NCBI RefSeq assembly: GCF_009914755.1
Contig: NC_060928.1
Direction: 5' to 3' (one strand)
Source: the human T2T-CHM13v2.0 reference genome, Homo sapiens
Length of the DNA: 64,000 bases
Below, piece after piece: positions 44,280 through 57,941 of this stretch; position 1 is the first letter of the stretch, and every line of letters begins with the position of its first letter. Below the pieces are notes generated by a model. It saw only the letters and a list, made by a program, of their open reading frames with translations. It made no database searches and was not told where the DNA came from. The translations under genes and the position numbers were made by a program.

Positions 44280-45503
44280 CTGTCACTATTTTTCACTCAA
44301 AAGATAAGCAAATAATATACATACATACATATGTGTGTGTGTATATATATATATAATGATTACCTGATAATAGCTTTATTATTTAGATTTTGGAAATAAC
44401 AGTTATAGTAAATATCATGTAATACAAAAAACCTTATTTTAAAAAAGAAAAGTGGCATAGCCCAATATATGTTTTCTTAATTTTACTTTACCAAGCATTT
44501 TGTATGTAACACTGTTTACTTCTCTAAGTGACTCTGTCACTAGCCTGGTGTTACAGAAAGAATGTTAAAAATCAGACAAAAGTTTTATTTTTATGAAGTT
44601 TCTCAGATGATAGACAATAAAGCTGGGATTCCCCTACAGGTCTCTTGCTCTCAAATCCAGAGAATTTAACAAAAATCCGTGTTATAAATTGACTTCCACA
44701 CATATACTGCTAAACACATGTAATGTATCACATTATAAAGGAGATATCAAAGAGAAAATGCCTCTAATATCCATTAATTTTAAACATGTGGATATATTTT
44801 CATATTTTAATTAATATTTTTGACCAATGAAAATTTACTTATATAATTTTTATATATTACTTGAACACATAACATTTTTAAGTCTAATCAAAGAGTTTTA
44901 TATATTTTAGTGAAAGTAGATGTTTAACAGCTTTTCCAATGTTATTCTAAATGTCTTCAGAAACATATAAGTCATTACTCTATACCCATAGTAACAAAAT
45001 AATTCAGTGACAACCAGATAATCATGAATTAAATCTGTAATTCCTCTGTAGATTAGTTATGTTTTTCATAAATAAAATTCAAGGAGTTCTCCATAGGTTT
45101 GAAAGAATAACAGTCACTACCCAAACCCTAATTATGAAATATAAAAGCAAGTTCTTTTGACTATCTCAGCTTTTAGAAAAAAAAAAAACTACATAACTTT
45201 TCATTGTAAAGTATACACATATTCATTATAAAGTATATTGTCTCTTTTCTTTTTCATTGATTAGAAACTCATGCTTAAACCTTTTAGGGAAGAAAATATT
45301 TGTATTTTCATGCAAGTAAACTGCCAGAGATAAAGAATACAAAAAAAAAAATCAGAAACAAAAATAGAAACATTCACACAGACAAAAAAAATAAATGTTT
45401 TTAATAAGGGTACTGAAATCAAATGTAGTAGGTTTCCTGGTTCCAAGTAAACTTTACATAGATTAAAAAAAAAACTTAAACCAGATCTAATTAATAGTAT
45501 TTT

Positions 45504-45849
<346 letters not shown>

Positions 45850-46354
45850 TTAATTAACAAAAAAGGAGTTGCTAGAAATGGGTGTGTGAAATGCTATATG
45901 TTTTACTTTAACAGTAATGAAGTTCTGGGAGTGTAGTCATCTACCTCACCCATAAGTAATCCCCTTTAATTATGGTTTCTAAACAATTTATCAGAAACCA
46001 ATGGCTTATTGACATCTTTTTCTATACTACAATTGGAGATAGAGATTGAATGACTGAAGCAAGCTGCTAGGAGTATCAGATAAAGAAAAATGACTACTCT
46101 AATTGAGTTGGGAAGCTGTAAAACTAACCTATAGAATTACCTTCTAGTGATTCCAATGCTGTCTGAAAATATATTAAATATAAATATGTGGAATACATAA
46201 ATTGATATTTTACTTGTAATAAAAATTCAAGGTCTGAAGGAATGAAAGTGCACACAATTTGCTTTGTTGTAGTTTCAAGTGTTGTTTAAAAGACAAAAGA
46301 AAATACAAGATATTTATTTTTATTTAATCATTCTCAACAAGTGATGTAATTACA

Positions 46355-46620
46355 GACAATTCATGAAAAAGCTAGACTAATGGTAAGGAGATAAAAAATG
46401 TTCCACCTCTGTGATCAGAGAACACAAATTAAAATCTCAATGTCATACCATCACATACTCAATAAAAAGGCTAGAATTTAAAAGGCCGTTGGTGAGAATA
46501 TGAAGCAAGGAAAACATTCATATATTTCTGGGGTGGGGGGCAATGTAATTTTGAAAAAAATGGGTATTATCTAATGGTGAATATATGCATACCAAATGAC
46601 TCAGTATTTTTATCTCTAGT
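46355..46620 (+). mobile_element. L1ME-like fragment
   Basis: gtgatcagagaacacaaattaaaa...gttggtgagaatatgaagcaa. Confidence 0.6.
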
Positions 46621-46639
46621 AAACAGATATCTCAGACCA

Positions 46640-47050
46640 GAGTGTCAGCAATGAAGTTGATTGTAAGTGATTATATTTTGGATATATTTAAAGATACAGA
46701 CAACAGGATTTCATGATTAATTTAATATGGGGGGAATAAGAAAAGAGCAAAACATCATTCTAAGATTTGGGGCTTGAACAATTGAACAGATGGTATGGTC
46801 ATCTAAGATAGTGAAGAGTAGAGGTTGAGCAGTTCTGAGGGTGGAAAAGACATGTCGAATTTATGATGTCTAATGGATATTCAAGCAGAGATGCTCAGTA
46901 GGCTGTTGGATATGCAAGTCTGAAATTCAGAAGAGGGGTCTGGGCTGGAGATGAAAATTTGGAGATGTTGGCATATAGGTGATATTTAAAGTCATGCCAC
47001 TAGCTTAGGTCATCAAGGAAGTAAATGTAATTAGAGACAAAAAGTGATGA
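46640..47050 (-). mobile_element. L2 fragment
   Basis: gagatgctcagtaggctgttggatatgcaagtctgaaattcagaagaggggtctgggctggagat. Confidence 0.85.
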
Positions 47051-47199
47051 AAATCAATCCCTGATTACAATTATAGTTAATGTTAAGAAGCATGAATATA
47101 TTACAAAAATGAAAAAGTGAACTGATAAGCAATATATTTTAGTCACCTTCCAACTACTATTTTGGATCTCTTTACCAGCAGCCCCAGATAAAATAAATT

Positions 47200-47510
47200 T
47201 CCATAAATTCACACTCATATAAATAAATGATTAACCAAACTAATAAATGAGGGAGGTGATCAAATCTCTCATGCAGGAAAATTCTAAGTAATTTTTGCAG
47301 AAACTCCACCCTCAAAGAGATGGAGCATTATACACCACTCTTTAAGTGTGGGCTGTGCATGGTGACTTCAATCCAATGAGTACAGTACGTAAATGGATAC
47401 TTTACGTTGGAGAAGTCTGACAAACACTACCTACAGCCAGATGATCAAGGTCAACATCAACAGTGATATGTCATGTTGATAGTATGTACCCTTGATATGA
47501 TGTGATGACA
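47200..47510 (+). mobile_element. L1MC-like 3'UTR fragment
   Basis: taagtgtgggctgtgcatggtgacttc...gatcaaggtcaacatcaacagtgat. Confidence 0.75.
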
Positions 47511-47519
47511 ATAACTGAT

Positions 47520-47910
47520 AGTTGCAACAGCTTAATGACTTTTCATACCATTACACTGTGTGAACAAAAGCCAATCCTCAAAAGTTACATATTGCATGAT
47601 TCTATTTATATAATAATCTTGAAGTGATGAAATTCCGGAAATGGAGAGAAATTAGTTATTGTCAGGGTTTAAGGAGGAGATGGTGGTGGGAAAGAAATGG
47701 GTGTGGCCATGAAACTGCACCATGAGGGAGCTTTGTTGTGATTAAAATGTTCTGTGCCTTGATAGTATCAATGTCAATATCTTGGTTGTGATGTGGTACT
47801 ATAGTTTCCAATATGTTACAATTAGAGAAATACTGGATCACTCTGTACGTTTTCTTACAACTGCACACAAATTCACAATTATCTTAAAGTAAAAGCTTAA
47901 TTAAAAAATA
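47520..47910 (+). mobile_element. L1MD-like 3' end
   Basis: aaagccaatcctcaaaagttacata...tatcaatgtcaatatcttggttgtgat...ttcttacaactgca. Confidence 0.78.
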
Positions 47911-47912
47911 AA

Positions 47913-48364
<452 letters not shown>

Positions 48365-49664
48365 TCAGTGTAGACTGATTGTATTTGGCAAACTCCAACT
48401 GGCCTCTTCATGTCTGTCTTGTATCCACTTGTGTCAGCTCCATCCTACGTCTAGAAAACTATGTGCTAATTTGTAAGTGGTACATTTATTAATACCATAG
48501 CTGATTTTATGTTACAAATAATTTCTTATGATCTGAGATTATTAAACCTTACTTTTATTACCAAATTTATTATCTTCAGTTATAAGGTTTTAAGTGGAAC
48601 CCCCTCAATAATTTACATAATTGATGATGAATAATCAAATATAAAATAAAAGGAAAATAAAATGTGATTACAGGAGATCATAAAGCTGAATAAGATAAAC
48701 ACTTAAAGAAAAATCATTAATTTAATGCATATTTTCAAGAGTGTGATCAATATAAACTTCTAAAATACGAAATTTGAACATGTAGAACAAATACATGCAC
48801 ACACGTGTGTAATAGATTAGGGAGTAAAATAATCCATTAGTACCTAGTTCTTAATTTGGAGAAATGAAAAAAGCTCTGTATATTTGTTTCACTTTTAAAA
48901 TTCCACATGCAGTAGCATTTACTAATCCAGTTTTTAAAGATGTTTCAAAAACAATAATAGGAACCACAGGCTTGGTGTAGAACTTGACACTCCTTATGGA
49001 ACTGCTTGCCTCAGAGTAGCAACATATATTGATTTTGACATGCCAATAAAGTTACACAGAAAGAACCTGGGTTGAAATTGCATTTTTCATGTAACAGTAA
49101 AAACCTATGCAACAAAATTAAGTGAAAAGTGCAGATGTCCTTAATTCAAGGAATCCTTTCTATGTGCTATTACCACCACTGCCACAAGGCTCATGCAATT
49201 ACAGTTAAGAACAAAATGTCTCACCCTTTCCAATTTATACTGTCAAAGGGACCTATTCATTGGAAGTTGCATTATCAGGAAGAACTGTGAAGAGAAGGCA
49301 CTCTGAGATATGAAATTTCATCCATTATTCACTAGAAAGACATAATCTTTTTCTTAAGACATTGTATCTCTCCACATACAGATAAAAAAAAAGCATAGAC
49401 ATGTCAACTTTCTATTGTAGTACAATGCTGCTTGACAGTAGAGTTTTATGAAATAATAAATGAATACTTCGAGAATTCTTGACATGGTTTCAGAAAATGG
49501 AAGTGGTCTTTACTGGGGATCATTTGAATAGGTAGATTTTTAGCATGCTGAGTACTTACAAACATCAGTTCTACCTTATGACATTTCACACTTACAGAAA
49601 CAACAAAGTAAAATAGGCCAAGAAAATGCATATTCATCTTGGATAAAATAAATTTCACCTCATG

Positions 49665-50230
49665 AAATTATATATATATATATAAAAACTATATATGCTT
49701 GTATATATAATATATATACAAGTATAATTTATATATACAAGCATAATTTATATATACAAATTATATATTAGTATATATATGCATATATACATATATAAGT
49801 ATATTTTTCAATTATATAAAGGTATTTTAAAATATTTTATATCCATAATTTTATATAAATATATAACTATATATAAATATACAAATATATATTATAAATA
49901 CATTGTATATATATTTATACTATATGTACACATGTATATACTTATATATAAGTATATGTAATTACATATAATGTGTGTATATAGACACAAGTATCTATAA
50001 GTACATATACTTATAAATAAGTATGTATAAATACTTATACAATACTTATATACTTAGTTCTTATACTTATTAAATACTTACATATTCTATATAAGTATTT
50101 ATATATAAATTCATATATACTTATATATCCTTGTATATATAAATATATAGGTATATCCTTGTATATTTATATATATTTGTAAATGTATACAAAATTATAG
50201 ATATAAAAATATTTTTAAAGTATATAGAAT
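49665..50230. repeat. Degenerate (TA)n-rich low-complexity tract, about 560 bp
   Basis: Read directly; recurrent atacttatat / atataagtat motifs. Confidence 0.9.
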
Positions 50231-51099
50231 TTAAAAAGATAAAGTTTTTTTTGAATTTTGAATTAAAAAATAGGCTTCAGAATGGAAATGAATGTGTGTT
50301 GATGGTTAATAAGTAGGTTTTTGGAAGGCATGCAGGGTAAATATATTTTAAACGTAAGCAAAGCTTTAGGTTTTGCAGTAAATATATACATGGCAATGTT
50401 TTCCTGTTTCCTCCTTAATACTCAAAATATTATTTTGTTCAACACCAGCAAATGTTTGTTGTTACTTACTTTGTTTCTGTATTTAAAAGAGTATCTTTAT
50501 TTTGTGCTTGGAGAACTTCCAGTATAAAAATCAAATTTGGAAAATAAGGTTGGCCATTTTCTAAGCTACAGATTATAGAATATACCATGACATTCTGAAT
50601 TGTTTAATCTAATATAAATCCTGTGTTTTATGCTGAAAAGCTACTGAGCTAAAACTGTGTGCATATTTTAGTGAAATATATGTTCACTACTACCTTTCCT
50701 AAATGTGTGTAATTTTATTAGCTCTTGGATAATACACTCAATTTAAACCTTATATGTAATTATAAAGACAGTTTTAATGGAATCATAATATAACAAAACT
50801 GTTACCACATATTGTATTGTGAAACTGAAGCCAACTAACCCCACCTCTCAATATATGGCAAACATATCTAGATATTTGTCACTTAAGCAGACCGAGAATT
50901 GCATGGCATGAACAAACAAAATATTTTTTATAGGTCAACAAGAATATTTAGCTATGGAGCTGAGAGGCCTATCCTACTCACCAGAACTTCCATACCCTAC
51001 CAATATCTATCAGAAATATCTCCCTCTTTCAACCACCATAGCATTATATCTAGACTTTTTATTATAGCATTAGCATTTCTATCAGAAATCATTGTCCTA

Positions 51100-51228
51100 T
51101 CTCAAACAGCCTAGAAGCTCTTTGTGGATAAGATTCATGCCTTCCTCATTAATTGATCCACCCAAAATACTAACATAGTGATTCCATGGTAGTGATGTGC
51201 CCTGAGCAATTATTTGTTGAGAGGATGA
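51100..51228 (+). mobile_element. L2 3' end
   Basis: tagaagctctttgtggataag...caattatttgttgagaggatgaa. Confidence 0.5.
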
Positions 51229-51334
51229 AGACATTAATTACACAGCCAAATTAGTACATGTCTTATAACAAAAACCATTATATTTTAGATGAAAATATTT
51301 AAATGCATGTTAGCTTCCATTCTCCCAATTAGCT

Positions 51335-51523
51335 AGAGTTGTAGTCCTTAATGTGTGGTTCTAGCACCAGTAGCATCAACATCAATGGGAAAATAATTAT
51401 AAATGCTAACTGTTGTGCCCCACCACAGATATGCCCAATCAGAAACTCTGCAGGTAGGGCCCAGAAATCTGTTTGCAGAAACCCTCCTTATGATTCTGAT
51501 GTAGGGTGCTTGAGAAGCATTGA
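51335..51523. mobile_element. MER5A hAT MITE
   Basis: accagtagcatcaacatca...aatcagaaactctg...ggcccagaaatctg...gattctgatg...ttgagaagcattg. Confidence 0.8.
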
Positions 51524-51950
51524 TCTAAAGATGCATGGTATGCTATAATATTTCATTTGCTTTTCTCTTTGTAGCTATCATAGAACACTAAGTAATCTCA
51601 TTTCTTAAAATTACCATGAGTATTTTAGGGGAAAAAATGATCCCTTATTTAAATGATCAATCCAGGCTTGGAAAAGGAGACACTCTCTTTTCCCTATTCA
51701 CATGACTTATAATGTCACTTATTGCCGCAGCTCCCAAGAAATACCAATACTGCTACAAAATGCCATTGCCAACAATATTCGATTTACTTCTCTTTATTAA
51801 TATTATTTTTCTAAAAGACTGAATATGTTTACCATTGTCTTCTATCTTTTGTCCTCAGAAGCTGTTCATCCTGGGCCAGGATCCAAGAATGAGACCACTC
51901 TACCTCTCCAGCTTGAGTCTCTCCAGGCTGAACAAGTAGGGATTCATTTC

Positions 51951-54276
51951 TGTATTAGTCTGTTCTTACACTGGTATAAAGAACTACTTGAGACTGAGTA
52001 ATGTATGAAAAAAGAGGTTTAACTGACTCACAGTTCCATAGGCTTAACAGGAAGCATAATTAGGAGGCCTCAAGAAACTTACAGTCATGGTGCAAGGGAA
52101 AGGGAAAGAAAGCACCTTCTTATGGCAGCAGAAGGGAGAGAGAGCAAAGAGGGGAGGTGCCACAAAGTTTTAAACAAACAGATCTCATGAGAACACACTC
52201 ACTGTCATGAGAATAGCATGGGAGAAATCCCCCTGTGATCCAATCACCTCCCACTAAGCCCCTTCTCCAATTCAACATGAGATTTAGGAGGGGACACAAA
52301 TCCAAACCATATATTCTACCCCTGACCCTTCCAAAATCTCTTGTCCTCCTCACATTGCAAAATACAATTACCCTTCTCAGCAGTCCCCCAGTCTTAATTC
52401 ATTTCAGCATTAACTCAAAAGTCCTGATTCCAAAGTCTCATCTGAGACAAGGTAATTCTCTTCCACCTATAAACCTGTAAAATCAAAAACTAGTTAGTTA
52501 CTTCCAAGATACAATGGGGGTACAGGCATTGGGTAAATACTGCCATTTCAAATGGGAGAAATTGTCCAAAACAGACGGCTACAGGTCCCATGCAAGTCCA
52601 AAACCCAGCAGGGCAGTCATTCAATATTAAAGTTCCAAAATAATCTCGACTGTATTTCTCACATCCAGGGCATGCTAATGCAAGGAGGGGGCTCCTAAGG
52701 CCTTGGGAAGCTCTGCCTCCATAGCTCTGTAAGGTACAGCCCCTGTGGCTGCTTTCATGGGCTGGCGTTGAGTGCCGGTGGCTTTTCCAGGCACATAGTG
52801 CAAGCTGTCAATGGATCTACCTTTCTGGGGTATGGAGGATGATGGCCCTCTTCTCAAACCTTGAGTAGACAGTGCCCCAGTAGGGAGTCTGTATGGGGGC
52901 TCCAACACCATATTTCCCCTCCATCTGCCATAGTAAAGGTTCTCCATGAGGGCTCCATCCCTGCAGCAGACTTCTGCCTGGACATCCAGGCATTTCCATA
53001 CATCCTCTGAAATCTAAGTGGAGATTCCAAAACCTAAACTTTTGCCTTATATGCACTTGCAGGCCCAATACCACATGGAAACTGCCAAGGCTTGGGACTT
53101 GCACCCTCTGAAAAAATGGCCCAAACTGTACCTTTACCACTTTTAGCCACAGCTGGAGCTGGAGCAGCTGTGACAAAGCAGGAAAACATGTCCTGAGGCT
53201 GAACAGAGCAGCTGGACCCTCAGCCTGGCCCATAAACCATTTTTCCTTCCTAGGCCTCTAAATCTGTGATGGGAGGGGCTGCTGTAAAGGTCCTTGAATT
53301 CTCTGGAGACATTTTCCCCACTGTCTTGGCTATTATCATGTGGGTCTTTGTCACTTATGCAAACTTCTACAGCCAGTTTGAATTTCTCCCCAGAAAAAGA
53401 GTTTTTCTTTTCTACCACATGGTCAGGCCACAAATTTTCCAAACTTTTATGCTCCCCTTCCCTTTTAAATATAAGTTCCAATTTCAGACCATTTCTTTCT
53501 CCATGCATATGAGCATAGAATTTTAGAAACATCCAGGTCCCATTTTGAATACTTTGCTCCTTAGAAATTTCTTCCACCAGATGCCCTAAATCATCTCTTG
53601 AGTTCAAAGTTTCACAGATTTCTAGGGCAGGTGCCAGTCTCTTTGCGAAAGCATAGCAAGAGTCACCTTTACTCCAGTTCCCAAAAAGTTGCTCATCTCC
53701 ATCTGAGACCACCTCAGCCTGGACTTCATTGTCCATATCACTATCAGCATTTTGCTCAAAACCATTCAACAACTCTCCAGGAAGTTCCAAACCTTCCCAC
53801 ATATTCCTGTATTCTTCTGAGCCCTCCAAGCTGTTTCAAACTCTGCCTGTTACCCAGTTGCAAAGTCGCTTTCACATTTTCAGGTATCTTTATAGCAGTG
53901 CCCCACACATAGTACCAATTTTCTGTATTAGTCTGTTCTCACACTGCTATGAAGAATTACTTGAGACTCGGTAGTTTATTATAAAAATGGGTTTGACTCA
54001 CAGTTCCACAGGCTTAACAGGAAGCATAATTAGGAGGCCTTACAAATCATGGCAGAAGGGCAAACGGGAAGATATCATGTCCTCACGTGGTGGCAGGAGA
54101 GAGAGAGAGCAAAGGGGGAAGTGCCACAAACTTTTAAACAACCATATCTTGTGAGAACTCACCCACTATCATGAGATCAAGGGGGAAATCTGCCCCATAA
54201 TCCAATCACCTCCTATCAGGCCCTTCTTCCAATTCGACATGAGATTTGGGTGTGTACACAAATCCAAACCATATCA
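51951..54276 (-). mobile_element. Complete MSTA MaLR provirus (LTR 53924-54276, internal 52314-53923, LTR 51951-52313)
   Basis: Two direct LTR copies tgtattagtctgttct...tccaaaccatat; MaLR internal region; TSD atttc / atatc (4 of 5 match). Confidence 0.93.
53143..53829 (-). pseudogene. MaLR internal ORF relic (228 aa open frame)
   Basis: EGSEE...MWEGLELP..LLNGF.QNADSDMDNEVQAEVVSDGDE.L.GNWSKGDSCY is the typical THE1/MST internal peptide. Confidence 0.8.
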
Positions 54277-54413
54277 ATATCATAATTAAAATAAATCATT
54301 CAAGGAAAGGAGAAGTTTGACTTTGAGGGAGCAGGTGGTGGATGACTGGAATTAGTCCTAAGAACCTCAGTACTTGCTTTCTATCTCTCTCTTTCTCAAG
54401 TCATCCTATCATG

Positions 54414-54553
54414 TCACTATATATAGTGAGAGTCTATAGTGTTTATATATATGTGTGGACACTATAGACTCTCTAGTCTATACATACTATAGATTCTCTA
54501 CATAAGGACACTATATATGGACACTATAGACTCTCTCTATCTATATATATAGA
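54414..54553. repeat. Patchwork of short inverted and direct repeats
   Basis: 16-bp and 14-bp palindromes, a 15-bp inverted repeat and an 18-bp direct repeat. Confidence 0.85.
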
Positions 54554-54917
54554 CATTATTTCTCTCCCCCAGTTCTAAAATAACTACCATGGTGTCATCT
54601 GCTGGAAGTAGATAGGTGATGTAACTGAGACTCTAAAGCTCAGTAAATGTAAGAAAGATTATATTTCTAGTAACTCAGAAAAATAAAACTTAGAGTAAGA
54701 ACCTTCTAAGAGTTTTGGTGACAATGAAACTAATGTAGCTCTTGTGGGATATATTAAAAGTCATACAACTATACACTAGAAAAAAATCAATACTATGGCA
54801 TAATAACTAAAAAAATTAAGATATTTCTAAAATCGCAAACAAAACAAAAAATAAACAACAATAAAAAAGGGCCCTCTAAAAATTTTAAACTTTCTAAATG
54901 AGTATAAATTTCATTCA

Positions 54918-55263
<346 letters not shown>

Positions 55264-55590
55264 TTATTTACCAAATTTTAAGGATTATGTGCTTCAGATT
55301 TAGTTTAGCTTAGGTTTTTGTTTGTTTGTTTGTTTGTTTGTTTGGAGAAATCATGGCAATATAGTCATGAAATCATTCTGGCTTAGTAAAAAAAAAACAG
55401 CAAAATACACCGTTCTAACAGAAAAAAAAAAAACTAGTCATGTAATACACTTCCTCCTCCTGATTTTCTTCTGGCATTCTGACCTCAAACAAAAGCATCT
55501 CAAGATACTTTTAACTATTTAATAGCTACATGAGGACAAGGATATAATTTATTTCAGTTTTTATATATAGCAAGATATCTAAAAATATGT

Positions 55591-56102
55591 TGTCAAGAAC
55601 TGTGGAAGATCTGAGATTTTACCCTGTTCTCAAGCAAATAAGTTAGCCTGCTGTCACTTCATGGATGCTGGCAGAAGACACAAGATTCCTAAATCAGAAA
55701 CAAAAGAAAGTTTCTTACTCATAGCAATAAGAGTAGCCTGGGTATGATCATTTTCTTACTTCAATTCTCCAATTTCTAAATTAAAGCCCCAGTTTTCATA
55801 GAACGAAGCAATAAGAGACAGGTGACAGCTGTGCATGCAGTGGGTTGCATTAGGAGAGGAACTTCAAGCTCAGTATCAAATGTTTGGTAATGGGCCTTTG
55901 CCCAAGAGGGACACATTATCTTTACCTACTGGACTGTCAACAAATCTGCCTTTTGTCCAAGAGGGAGACACTATTTCTATCTTCCAAGTCTTTTGCTGTA
56001 TACATATTCTTAAACAGATACTTCAGAACAAAAGCTGTCAGTGTCTCTTCTCACAATATGAGCAGAAACACAAAAGACTCATGAAGTATTGTCTCCAATA
56101 CA
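55591..56102 (-). mobile_element. LTR40-like ERVL solo LTR
   Basis: tgtcaagaactgtggaagatctgagattttaccct...catggatgctggcagaagaca; other end attgtctccaataca. Confidence 0.82.
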
Positions 56103-56909
56103 TAATAGGTGCATACTTCCAGCCTTTGATGAATTGATAAAAATTAAAACTATTCCAATGATAACCATTATTTTATAGTATCATCTGACACTAATTATTG
56201 GTATTTCTTAAATGACCAATGTGAATGTAATAATCATCTGTTTTACTATTAATAAAATAACTCATTAAATGCTTAATCTGTCTTTTCTCTATACTTGAAA
56301 TTATAGCTTATTATCCTTGCCCTGTAATGAGTTTTTAATCTAAGATAAGAAATATTAATCAAAACACAAATACATCAGTCCTAAAATACTTGAATGAACA
56401 TAAAGAACATTATTTTTAGGACATCACTGCATTCTACAAATGAGAAGTCTAATGAGGCTTAGTGAAAGAAACTGTAGAAATATGATCACCTAGGACAAGG
56501 TGAAGGAAAGCAGTAAGGTATTGGATGAGAACTCAGAGAAGTTTCATGGAAAAAGGATTACTTCCAAATCTGTTTAAGAGAAAGGAATAACATAGTGGAG
56601 AGTTGGGAAATGCATATTAAAGATAGATTAATCTTTTAATAAAAAGGCTAAAAAAAGAATGCTAGTGTTTAAACCATAGGACTAAGATCACTGCCACAAA
56701 CTTGACATATCAAATAAATGGACATTCCTCAAGAAAATGTAAACTTTTATAAGTGTCATTATGTATAAATACTTATATTTGAAATAAACAAAATTTGCTA
56801 AGGATATATCCAAATAAATTTTTCTAAAACACTGTTTTGATCATTCTGGTCCTAATCCCAGTGACATCCATAGAGAAGAAACCCTAGCTCAGGCAATGCT
56901 TCTGAAAGC

Positions 56910-57217
56910 TGGGAATGACTTCAGCTGACAAGCAGCAAGAAAAAAGGCACTTCAAGAAAAAAGGCACTTCAGTCTTACAACCACATGGAAATGAGAATTC
57001 CTACAATCTTGTGACTGGGCCTAGGAGGGGACTTTCCTCCAGGCCTCAGATAAGAGCCCAGACCAGCCAACATCTTGATTTAGTCTCAGGAAACTTAGGA
57101 GCAGAGAAACCAGCCAAATCCACATGGACTTCTGACCCACTGATCTGTGGATTGTAAATGGGTGTTGTTTAATCTATTAAATTTGTGGTAATTTAATAGA
57201 AACAGAAAGCCAACGCA
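56910..57217 (+). mobile_element. MLT1E-like MaLR LTR, 3' half
   Basis: cagataagagcccag...gagcagagaaaccagcc...ggacttctgacc...aaatgggtgttgttt. Confidence 0.82.
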
Positions 57218-57941
57218 GTGACCTTCTGTAATGCATCCCAATGTAATTTTGCAGGTTTTTCCACCTTCTCCCATATTTGACCATATAGATATCTAATGTC
57301 TTCTCATTTTTTTGTTTTCTAAACATACATACGTTCTTTCACCACTATAAGTTTTGTCTTAAGTTCTCAAGAAAGACCCTTGTGTGTCATTTCTGCTAAA
57401 TAAGATCATATCCATCCTTCAAGGTTCAGCCTAAATCCAGAGTAAAATGACTTCTTCCTTGAGCATGTAGGCTTAAAGAAATTTCTAGTTTGATAAACTT
57501 AAGTTCATATTATGCAATTTTTTGTGGGCAAATAATTAGTGTCTGTATTTGTAATTATATTTTCTCATTGATTTTCCTCATTTCCCAATTTTGATTTGTA
57601 GCTCCATGAGAAAGATTATTTTATCCTTCTATGTAACCAACATTTTTCCCAGAGCAGCATTAGCATATTCAAAATTCTCTCAGAAGTTTATGGTGATTAA
57701 TGTATTTTATTTTTTCTGTTAAAAAATTTAAGCAAAAGTCAAAACAAAACAAAAGCTCAATACATACATATAACATGTTAATAAAATTAAATTGTAAGTA
57801 AAATAGTTCCTAATTTTCTATTGGATATGATATTCCCTTATCATGTGAACAATATATTACTTTTCAATTCTGATTTTTTAAATAGATATTTTTAAATCAG
57901 CTTAAACAAATCAGTATTTTTATTATTGTTTTACACTTTAA

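Noticed and set aside
49446-49658. 70-aa ORF and two gtaagt words on the minus strand
   Set aside because: No convincing acceptor or recognisable peptide.
54414-54553. CRISPR-like or prokaryotic repeat array
   Set aside because: There is no regular repeat-spacer period or cas gene, and the context is primate DNA.
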